From contig JACQIX010000019.1 in the NCBI GenBank assembly GCA_016198275.1, positions 1-61,531 of the forward strand: a stretch of DNA of 61,531 bases, given 5' to 3'. This document shows positions 34,255-40,983 of this stretch, piece after piece (the first letter of the stretch is position 1; every line of letters starts with the position of its first letter). Both the position numbers and the translations under genes were made by a program. The notes under the pieces were generated by a model that worked only from the letters and a program-made list of their open reading frames with translations, was not told the origin of the DNA and did no database searches. The stretch comes from Candidatus Daviesbacteria bacterium (GTDB lineage: Bacteria > Patescibacteriota > Microgenomatia > Daviesbacterales > UBA10151).

Positions 34255-35648
34255 AGACTAAAAGCATTCGCTTCCGCCTGACGTTCTGGTACACGATTTC
34301 TCTGGTTCTGGCAATCATTGTCATTTTTGCCAGCTTTTATTTTATAACCAGACAGGTACTCCATGACCAAACTGACAGCTCACTTAAAGTTCACAGTAAT
34401 AAGATTGTAGAGATTATCACAAGTCAGAACACTGGTATGCACGATGCGATTGCCAGGGAAGCTTTTGTGGAAGAATTTAGTAATATTCCGGGAATGCTGG
34501 TTGTGGTTATGAACAGTTCTGGGATGATCGTTTCAAGTTCTCAAACCGTTAGCCCAACAGATAGCGTAATCCGCGACCTCTTTGCAGAAGCCAACCAATC
34601 CCAGAAGCCTTTTTTTACTGATCGGCGCATTGGCACCTCGGAGCTCCGTTTCCTAGTCAATCCAATTGCGCAAAATAATTCACTGCTGGGAGTGGTTATC
34701 ATGGGACACCCAATTGATGTTATCAAGAATGCTCTCAATAGTTTGATTACCATGCTAGGGGTAGTCTTTGCCATCTTTCTTGTTCCGGCTGTTCTGGGCG
34801 GATATTTCAATGCACGCGCTGCGGTTTCACCCATCTCAGATATTTCTAAAAAATTAAAGCTTATTAACTCCGGAAATCTGAGTGAGCGTATTCGTAATCC
34901 AAATACGGGGGATGAGATTGAGGAATTGTCTGTAACTTTCAACAGCCTGCTTGACAGGCTTGGAGGTGCATTTCAAAGAGAACGACAGTTTATAGGGGAC
35001 GTTGCCCATGAAGTTAAAACCCCTCTCTCAGCCCAGCGAACGAATATCGAAGTTGCACTGGCAAGGGATCGGTCAAAGGAAGACTATCAGCAAGCTTTGG
35101 AGGAGTCGCTGGTTGATAATAATAGGCTTTCAACTACACTTAAAAATGTTCTAGATTTAGCATGGTCAGAGGCAGATGCAGCCCGTACTCAGTTTGAAAA
35201 CTTTGACCTTTCTGAACTGGTGCAAGAAATGATGGATTTAGGTACAAAAATGGCGGTCAAGAAGCAGATTTCGGTTGACGGAAGTATTGAACAACATCTT
35301 CTTATTTCGGGCAAAAAAGACAAACTTGAACGGGCACTTATTAATTTAGTTGATAATGCCATCAAATATACTCCAGACAAAGGGACGGTTACTATTTCCT
35401 TACAGAAAAAGAGGGACCAAGCCCAATTTAAGGTTAAAGATACAGGAAGGGGTATTTCCGTGAGGGACTTGCCGCATGTTTTTGAACGTTTCTACCGTGG
35501 TTCAAGGACTGATAAAACATTTGGTTCGGGATTAGGTTTGTCTATAACCTCCGCAATTGTAAGTGCTCATCGCGGGGAGATACGAGCGAAAAGTCAGATT
35601 GGTAAAGGCAGTGAGTTCATCGTTTTATTACCCCTCTCATCCTCATAA
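34251..35648 (+). CDS. Sensor histidine kinase (CopS/CusS-like)
   Basis: 465 aa. It has two TM helices flanking an extracytoplasmic domain, HAMP, H-box AHEVKTPLS, N-box LVDNAIKYTP, G1 DTGRGI and G2 GSGLGLSI. It has an ATGA overlap with the regulator gene. Confidence 0.9.
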   Translation: MKTKSIRFRLTFWYTISLVLAIIVIFASFYFITRQVLHDQTDSSLKVHSNKIVEIITSQNTGMHDAIAREAFVEEFSNIPGMLVVVMNSSGMIVSSSQTVSPTDSVIRDLFAEANQSQKPFFTDRRIGTSELRFLVNPIAQNNSLLGVVIMGHPIDVIKNALNSLITMLGVVFAIFLVPAVLGGYFNARAAVSPISDISKKLKLINSGNLSERIRNPNTGDEIEELSVTFNSLLDRLGGAFQRERQFIGDVAHEVKTPLSAQRTNIEVALARDRSKEDYQQALEESLVDNNRLSTTLKNVLDLAWSEADAARTQFENFDLSELVQEMMDLGTKMAVKKQISVDGSIEQHLLISGKKDKLERALINLVDNAIKYTPDKGTVTISLQKKRDQAQFKVKDTGRGISVRDLPHVFERFYRGSRTDKTFGSGLGLSITSAIVSAHRGEIRAKSQIGKGSEFIVLLPLSSS

Positions 35649-35674
35649 TTTCCTAATCCTTCAAAGTCTACCAT
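35636..35674 (+). promoter_or_regulatory. Promoter C with tandem 11-bp boxes (second CcdA + redoxin pair)
   Basis: CTCATCCTCAT and AATTTCCTAAT (35636-35657, overlapping the kinase stop), an 11-nt gap, -10 TACCAT (35669-35674), then 6 nt to the ATG at 35681. Confidence 0.45.
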
Positions 35675-35680
35675 AAGAGA

Positions 35681-36565
35681 ATGGACTTACTTGTCAGTGC
35701 GTCGTTAATCGCTGCATTCTTAGCCGGAATAGCAGCTTTATTTGCGCCTTGCTGTATTACGGTTTTACTCCCAACATATTTTGCCTCAATCTTTAAAGAA
35801 AAGAGCAAGGTATTTTTCATGACTTTTATATACTTTTTAGGACTACTTGCGGTTTTTATTCCCATCGGTTTGGGATTTACTGCTCTCACTCAACTCTTTC
35901 GGGAATTTCATAATGTCATATTTATCGGCGGAGGGATTTTTCTCTTAATATTAGGTTTTGCTTTGACTATTGGGTACAAATTTTCCCTGCCCATGCTTGT
36001 TCACCCGGAACTGAAAGAGCATGATATTCTCTCAGTCTTTGGATTGGGAATTTTTTCAGCAATTGCTACTACTTGCTGCGCTCCGGTGCTTGCAGGTGTC
36101 CTGGCGTTATCCAGCCTTTCAGGGTCCTATTTTCTGGGAGCTATTTACACACTTACTTATGTATTGGGCATGGTGACACCTCTATTTATACTGGCAGCCT
36201 TTTTGGATAAGGCAAATTTCACGAAAAAGTTTATGGGTTTCAGAAGGCCGGTAACTTTTGCAATATTAAACTTCAAGATTACCAATACAATCGCCAATCT
36301 CTTTTCCGGACTCATGTTTTTAGCCATTGGAGTAGTTATCACTTATTTAGGTCTGACTAATCAGTTGTCCATGCAAAATTCGTATCAGCTGAATACCAAT
36401 CTCATAATTTTCGATATAACAAAGCGAATCGGTCAGTACAGTGCAGTTTTACCTGAGTCGGTTTGGGCAATCATTTTCTTAAGCATCTTTGGACTGATTG
36501 TGGCAGTTGCAGTCAAACAATTCATTACTCAAAGTCGAAAGCAGGAAGGAGGTGGATCTTTATGA
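35681..36565 (+). CDS. CcdA/DsbD-like transmembrane thiol:disulfide transporter (second copy, longer)
   Basis: 294 aa. It has LFAPCCITVLLPTYF and a second Cys pair in ATTCCAPVLAGV. Confidence 0.7.
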   Translation: MDLLVSASLIAAFLAGIAALFAPCCITVLLPTYFASIFKEKSKVFFMTFIYFLGLLAVFIPIGLGFTALTQLFREFHNVIFIGGGIFLLILGFALTIGYKFSLPMLVHPELKEHDILSVFGLGIFSAIATTCCAPVLAGVLALSSLSGSYFLGAIYTLTYVLGMVTPLFILAAFLDKANFTKKFMGFRRPVTFAILNFKITNTIANLFSGLMFLAIGVVITYLGLTNQLSMQNSYQLNTNLIIFDITKRIGQYSAVLPESVWAIIFLSIFGLIVAVAVKQFITQSRKQEGGGSL

Positions 36566-37212
36566 ACTCATCACAGAAACACATAGCTATTATTGCGACA
36601 GAAGTAATTATCGCCATGGTTATTCTCGTCTCGATTTTTGTGAAGGCTACAAGCCAATCACCTGCAACCCAATCATCTCAAGCGAATACATCAGGTGATT
36701 CAATGGCAGATCACCACAAACCAAAGCCCGCAGATTCAGCAGTTTTTGACGGACTCATGGGCAAATCAGCTCCGGATTTTACCTTACCCAGCTATGATGG
36801 CAAACAAGTAAGTCTAAAGGATTTTCGGGGCAAAAACGTAATTCTCTTTTTCAATGAAGGCTTGATGTGCTATCCAGCTTGTTGGAATCAAATTGTCGCC
36901 TTTGGGAAAGATACTGCCTTTAAGGATAAAAATACAGTTGTAATTAATATTACAGTGGATTCCAAAGATGACTGGAAAAAAGCAATTGATAAAATGCCGG
37001 AACTGGCGGGAAACACGGTTCTTTTAGATCCAAACAGAGAAGTTTCAGGTCTGTATGGGGTTTTGGCGCTCAATTCTTCTATGCATCGGGGACAATTTCC
37101 GGGGCATACCTATGTTCTGATTGGCAAAGATGGCATTGTCCGATTTGAAAAAGATGATGCTCAAATGGCAGTCCGAAACCAAGAGTTATTATCTGAAGTA
37201 GCCAAGCTCTAA
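36562..37212 (+). CDS. Membrane-anchored thioredoxin-fold redoxin (AhpC/TSA / TlpA-ResA-like)
   Basis: 216 aa from the ATG at 36562, with an ATGA overlap and GGAGGTG 7 nt upstream. It has GKSAPDFTLPSYDGKQVSLKDFRGKNVILFF and a CYPAC redox motif. Confidence 0.7.
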   Translation: MNSSQKHIAIIATEVIIAMVILVSIFVKATSQSPATQSSQANTSGDSMADHHKPKPADSAVFDGLMGKSAPDFTLPSYDGKQVSLKDFRGKNVILFFNEGLMCYPACWNQIVAFGKDTAFKDKNTVVINITVDSKDDWKKAIDKMPELAGNTVLLDPNREVSGLYGVLALNSSMHRGQFPGHTYVLIGKDGIVRFEKDDAQMAVRNQELLSEVAKL

Positions 37213-37214
37213 GT

Positions 37215-37253
37215 ACTATACTCATGAAATCCTAACACCCCATTTTCTATACT
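37215..37253 (+). promoter_or_regulatory. Promoter D with 11-bp boxes (DUF2933-like gene)
   Basis: ACTATACTCAT and GAAATCCTAAC (37215-37236), an 11-nt gap, -10 TATACT (37248-37253), then 6 nt to the ATG at 37260. Confidence 0.45.
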
Positions 37254-37259
37254 GGGGTC

Positions 37260-37499
37260 ATGAGGCAGGTGAACAACATGAACACTATAAGTACAGTTAA
37301 ACCCGTCCATGAACATGCAGAAAACAATAGCTTTTTGTCGGGAAAGACTTTGAGTATTTGTCTTGGGCTCATTGCTTTGGCGGTCGTTGCGCTCACTGTG
37401 TTTAAAGTCTCGGTCGGGACTCTGTTCTTTGCCGGAGTTTTACTGTTGTGCCCGCTTTTACATGTCTGGATGATGAAGGATGGTGGGCATAAACATTAA
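37260..37499 (+). CDS. Small membrane protein, DUF2933-like (C-terminal CPLLHVWMM...GGHKH)
   Basis: 79 aa with one or two TM segments. The C-terminus LLLCPLLHVWMMKDGGHKH resembles the Cys/His/Met tail of DUF2933 proteins seen in metal-resistance loci (from memory). Confidence 0.45.
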   Translation: MRQVNNMNTISTVKPVHEHAENNSFLSGKTLSICLGLIALAVVALTVFKVSVGTLFFAGVLLLCPLLHVWMMKDGGHKH

Positions 37500-37510
37500 G
37501 AAACTCTCAT

Positions 37511-37549
37511 CTCTCGCTCACCCTGTCCTAATTGGTGATCCGCTACACT
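37511..37549 (+). promoter_or_regulatory. Promoter G with 11-bp boxes (His-rich secreted protein)
   Basis: CTCTCGCTCAC and CCTGTCCTAAT (37511-37532), an 11-nt gap and -10 TACACT (37544-37549). A 38-nt leader with AAGGAGGTGA precedes the ATG at 37588. Confidence 0.4.
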
Positions 37550-37587
37550 TGATATAAGTTAATAACCATCAAGGAGGTGAAAGGAAA

Positions 37588-37896
37588 ATGACTAAACAAA
37601 ATATCTTTAAAACATTCGGACTTCTTACTTTATCAGCGTTTGCAGTTGGAATTCTTTTCCTTTCAGTCAGAGCCAATCAGGTTGAAGCAAAAGATTTTGT
37701 AAATAGTCGTTATCAAATGATGGGGTATATGAATAATTCAGACTATTCATACCCTAATCACACCAAATTAACTTCTGAAGAGAAGCAGAAAATGATCGAC
37801 TTGATGAAAAAACACCATGGCGACAACTGGCAAAATCATCATCAACAAATGCATGGTTCCGATAACGGAATCCAAGAGAAAGGAGGAAGCTTATGA
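37588..37896 (+). CDS. Small secreted/anchored His-rich protein
   Basis: 102 aa. It has a signal-anchor (LLTLSAFAVGILFLSV) and a C-terminal HHGDNWQNHHQQMHGSDNG. Confidence 0.5.
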   Translation: MTKQNIFKTFGLLTLSAFAVGILFLSVRANQVEAKDFVNSRYQMMGYMNNSDYSYPNHTKLTSEEKQKMIDLMKKHHGDNWQNHHQQMHGSDNGIQEKGGSL

Positions 37897-37940
37897 GCTG
37901 CTGCATGAGCCCATGTCGAAGCCCTACGATTAAGAAGTAA
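37893..37940 (+). CDS. Unlisted 15-aa Cys/Met-rich micro-ORF (MSCCMSPCRSPTIKK), translationally coupled
   Basis: The ATG at 37893 overlaps the upstream TGA (ATGA). AGGAGG lies at 37881-37886, 6 nt upstream. The TAA stop is at 37938-37940, and an intrinsic terminator follows. Confidence 0.35.
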   Translation: MSCCMSPCRSPTIKK

Positions 37941-37964
37941 GGACACGAATAGTAAAACCAGAAA

Positions 37965-37999
37965 ATCACCCCTCAATATCCCCGGGGGGTGATTTTTTT
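37965..37999 (+). terminator. Rho-independent terminator
   Basis: Stem ATCACCCC (37965-37972) / GGGGTGAT (37986-37993), with extra C:G pairs in the loop region, followed by a run of T to 37999. Confidence 0.7.
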
Positions 38000-38033
38000 A
38001 CTCACAATTTCCTAATCCTAAGATTGTTACACT
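37995..38033 (+). promoter_or_regulatory. Promoter E with 11-bp boxes (ICMT-like operon)
   Basis: TTTTTACTCAC and AATTTCCTAAT (37995-38016), an 11-nt gap, -10 TACACT (38028-38033), then 8 nt to the ATG at 38042. Confidence 0.45.
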
Positions 38034-38041
38034 ACAAGCAT

Positions 38042-38761
38042 ATGGAATACGATTACGGAAATTGGCTACTCGTTTTATTTAATATTGTTCTGTTTTTGTA
38101 CTTTATCAAAAGTGCGTTTAAGCCACGGACAAAGACAGACTGGACAACTTTCCGCTATTTTGGCGCCTTCATTGTGGCACTATTCGCCGAGATGTATGGA
38201 TTTCCTCTGACTATTTATCTTTTAACTTCATTCTTTGGTAACAAACTAGGATTGGATTTTACTCACAACAATGGCCACATTCTCAATACCTTGTTTGGTT
38301 TAAAAGGTGATCCACATTTTAATATCCTGCACATCGCTAGCTACGCGCTGATTATTGGCGGACTTGTCCTTCTGGGTAGGGCTTGGGAAGTGCTCTATAA
38401 AGCGGTTAAACAAAACAAACTTGCAACAGACAGTGTTTACAAATACATCCGCCATCCTCAATATCTGGCGTTTATACTTATTATTTTAGGATTCCTTGTT
38501 CAATGGCCGACTCTAATTACTCTTATCATGGCCCCAATTCTTATCTTCCGGTATATTAAGCTTGCAAGAACAGAGGAAAAAGAGATGCTTAAAAAATTTG
38601 GGTCTGCATACCAAGTGTATAAAAATGAGGTCCCGGGTTTCTTTCCGTCTATAAAACATCTTTTAGGCGATGTTATTCAAAAAATTACAATCTCAAAAGA
38701 TCTTAAGGCAGGAGAACATTATGAAAAACAGAGTCACATTGTACCGCACAGTCAAAACTGA
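38042..38761 (+). CDS. Isoprenylcysteine carboxyl methyltransferase (ICMT/PEMT)-family membrane protein
   Basis: 239 aa from the ATG at 38042. The track TTG start at 38024 lies inside the predicted promoter. The family signature YKYIRHPQYLAFILIILGFLV is present. Confidence 0.6.
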   Translation: MEYDYGNWLLVLFNIVLFLYFIKSAFKPRTKTDWTTFRYFGAFIVALFAEMYGFPLTIYLLTSFFGNKLGLDFTHNNGHILNTLFGLKGDPHFNILHIASYALIIGGLVLLGRAWEVLYKAVKQNKLATDSVYKYIRHPQYLAFILIILGFLVQWPTLITLIMAPILIFRYIKLARTEEKEMLKKFGSAYQVYKNEVPGFFPSIKHLLGDVIQKITISKDLKAGEHYEKQSHIVPHSQN

Positions 38762-39284
38762 TGATCAAGAGGAGGCAAATTCAGATCCCCGTGATTCAAT
38801 TACCGAGCCGATTCGGGAAAGCGTTGTTTTGTTTGTTATAAAAATTGCAACAATTCTTATCATCACCGATCTGGTTTATGCTGTGGTTAATTTTGTTCTG
38901 TTGCGAGCCTTCTTTTTAAACCACGAATTGCCATTTAATATCCACGACCTGACTGCGTATATTCTGACCCTTCTGCATATAGCAAAAACAGCGCTCCAAG
39001 TTTGGGGAATCTCATCAATCGTATTTCGTTGGGTGGGAAACTCATACTTCATCACGCAAAAACATCTGGTACGACACGAGGGAATCATTAACTGTATTGA
39101 AAAGATATATGACCTGGATATTATTCGTTCAATATCAATCCAACAATCATGGTTGGGAAAAATTTTCAGGTACGGTTCAGTAAATATAGAGATAAGCGCT
39201 TCTGGTGGGTATACCGATCAAGTTACCTTAAACGGAGTAACAAATCCTCAGCAATACGAAAAGATGCTGCGCCGACACTTCTGA
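38721..39284 (+). CDS. Membrane protein with a bacterial PH (YdbS/YdbT-like, bPH_2) domain
   Basis: 187 aa from the ATG at 38721, with AGGAG 6 nt upstream. Two TM helices are followed by VRHEGIINCIEKIYDLDIIRSISIQQSWLGKIFRYGSVNIE. Confidence 0.5.
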   Translation: MKNRVTLYRTVKTDDQEEANSDPRDSITEPIRESVVLFVIKIATILIITDLVYAVVNFVLLRAFFLNHELPFNIHDLTAYILTLLHIAKTALQVWGISSIVFRWVGNSYFITQKHLVRHEGIINCIEKIYDLDIIRSISIQQSWLGKIFRYGSVNIEISASGGYTDQVTLNGVTNPQQYEKMLRRHF

Positions 39285-39379
39285 ACTACATAAAATTCTT
39301 CCCCCTCAATGGTAATTTCTGTTACTATAAAATGTAGTAGGGAAAATTATCAAAACATAAGCTTAAGGAGGTGATACTA

Positions 39380-39721
39380 ATGGCAAAACCAAATAACAAT
39401 AATTCAATAATTATGTGGGTAGTCGGTGCACTTATTGTTGGCGGAGTCTTGGGCTACCTGATTTCCCAATCAAGAACCCCATCAGCTGCGTATATGAGCG
39501 GAACTGCTTCCATGATGAAAGACAGTGGTTCTACAATGATGCAAATGGGCAAAATGATGATGCAAAGTGGCTCCATGATGCAACAGAAAGGTCAAAAATA
39601 TGGTGACCAGGAAATGATGCAACAGGGCAAGACCCTTGAAGAAAACGGCACCATGATGGAACAAAAAGGAACCACCTTGACGGAACGAGGCAACGGTATG
39701 ATGCAAATGATGGGTCAATAA
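39380..39721 (+). CDS. Membrane-anchored Met-rich protein (candidate Cu(I) binder)
   Basis: 113 aa from the ATG at 39380, with AAGGAGGTGA 6 nt upstream. A TM anchor is followed by repeated MMxxG/MMQ motifs (SMMKDSGSTMMQMGKMMMQSGSMMQQKG...GNGMMQMMGQ). Confidence 0.6.
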   Translation: MAKPNNNNSIIMWVVGALIVGGVLGYLISQSRTPSAAYMSGTASMMKDSGSTMMQMGKMMMQSGSMMQQKGQKYGDQEMMQQGKTLEENGTMMEQKGTTLTERGNGMMQMMGQ

Positions 39722-39725
39722 GTAT

Positions 39726-40421
39726 ATGGATTTTACCTATGCCTATTTAATAGCCAGTATCTTACTGCTGTTTGTTTGGCTTGTTTTGTATTGGCTAAAA
39801 CCACAGTCACGCAAGAAAATGCTTCTTATTAGTCTTCTTACTATGCCGCTTGGGTTGACTGAGCCGCTTTTTGTTCCTTCATATTGGTTTCCTTTTACTC
39901 TTTTTGATCTGGCCCGACAAACAAGATTTGACTTGGAAAGCCTTCTTTTTTCATTTGCCGTCGGAGGAATTACTGCCATTCTATACGAATCACTCTGGGG
40001 CAAATTGAGAAAACCCATAGGTGTTCACGAAATGCACCAAGGCAAACATCGACTTCATCGTTTAGCCTTGCTATCACCACTAATATCGTTCGGAGCTTTG
40101 TACTTCTTCACCCCCCTTAATCCTATTTACACGACTATTCTTGCCATGACCATTGGCGCAATTGCCACTTGGCTGTGCCGTCCCGATCTTGCTCGCGCCA
40201 TGCTTACAGGAAGTCTTTTATTTCTAATTCTTTATTTCGTAGTTTTTCTTATTGGATTTGTGTGGCTTTTCCCAGGATATGTTGAGGCTGTTTGGAACTT
40301 ACCTGCCATATCCGGTGTTTTACTTGCCGGAGTTCCTATCGAAGAACTACTGTTTGCAGCCTCTTTAGGCGCTATGTGGAGTAGCGTTTATGAACATTTT
40401 ACTTGGTACAAGTTCTCGTAA
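39726..40421 (+). CDS. Polytopic membrane protein (weak lycopene-cyclase-domain-like PxEE motif)
   Basis: 231 aa with about 6 TM helices. GVPIEELLFAASLG resembles the hPxEE motif of lycopene cyclase domain proteins. The call is tentative. Confidence 0.35.
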   Translation: MDFTYAYLIASILLLFVWLVLYWLKPQSRKKMLLISLLTMPLGLTEPLFVPSYWFPFTLFDLARQTRFDLESLLFSFAVGGITAILYESLWGKLRKPIGVHEMHQGKHRLHRLALLSPLISFGALYFFTPLNPIYTTILAMTIGAIATWLCRPDLARAMLTGSLLFLILYFVVFLIGFVWLFPGYVEAVWNLPAISGVLLAGVPIEELLFAASLGAMWSSVYEHFTWYKFS

Positions 40422-40423
40422 AT

Positions 40424-40461
40424 GAAATCCTAATAAAATCCTAATGAAGATTGAGTATCAT
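40424..40461 (+). promoter_or_regulatory. Promoter F with the best tandem 11-bp boxes (P-type ATPase operon)
   Basis: GAAATCCTAAT and AAAATCCTAAT (40424-40445), a 10-nt gap, -10 TATCAT (40456-40461), then 6 nt to the ATG at 40468. Confidence 0.55.
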
Positions 40462-40467
40462 AAAACA

Positions 40468-40983
40468 ATGCAGGAACCAAAAATCAGAACAATCTTACTT
40501 GTAAGTATTTTTGCGATCGCTTTTGCGTTTGTTGAGGCTTCAGTGGTTGTGTATCTACGACATCTATTGGGTGCCAGTTTTAACCCGCCGCAAGTCAGCC
40601 GGGAGCAAGTCTTATTATTAGTCCCAGGAATAGCTTTTCTTGACCCAAAAACAACTCTGGCCGTAATGAAGGATTCACAGATTTTGAAGGTTGAGCAATT
40701 TCGGGAGGCAGCGACCATAATTATGCTTGCCAGTGTTGCATTTTTAGCTGCCAAGGAAGCTCGCGAGAAATTAGCTTACTTTCTTCTCGCGTTTGGTGTT
40801 TGGGATATCTTTTATTACGTCTTTTTGCGGCTGGTTATTGGTTGGCCGAAGTCTCTTTTTGATTCAGATATTTTTTTTCTGTTACCAGTTCCATGGGTAG
40901 GACCGGTGATTACACCTTTAATTATCTCAAGCGTTTTAATCTTTGCAGCTTTATTGCTTTTAAAAAGAAAAGTTGAATTATGA
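40468..40983 (+). CDS. Polytopic membrane protein of unknown function, first gene of the ATPase operon
   Basis: 171 aa from the ATG at 40468. The track start at 40444 lies inside the predicted operator. It has about 5 TM helices and an ATGA overlap with the ATPase gene. Confidence 0.4.
   Translation: MQEPKIRTILLVSIFAIAFAFVEASVVVYLRHLLGASFNPPQVSREQVLLLVPGIAFLDPKTTLAVMKDSQILKVEQFREAATIIMLASVAFLAAKEAREKLAYFLLAFGVWDIFYYVFLRLVIGWPKSLFDSDIFFLLPVPWVGPVITPLIISSVLIFAALLLLKRKVEL

Noticed and set aside
34541-34942. 133-aa minus-strand ORF inside the island histidine kinase
   Set aside because: It is antisense to a gene with complete HK motifs, and its product is low-complexity and Ser/Arg-rich. This is typical shadow-ORF behaviour.
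37754-37969. 71-aa minus-strand ORF
   Set aside because: It is antisense to the His-rich protein gene and the micro-ORF, and it runs into the terminator stem.
39291-39331. Possible eighth regulator box upstream of the Met-rich gene (TAAAATTCTTC CCCCTCAAT ... TACTAT)
   Set aside because: The box core does not align without an indel, and the spacing to any -10 candidate does not match the other seven. The gene is more likely read through from promoter E.
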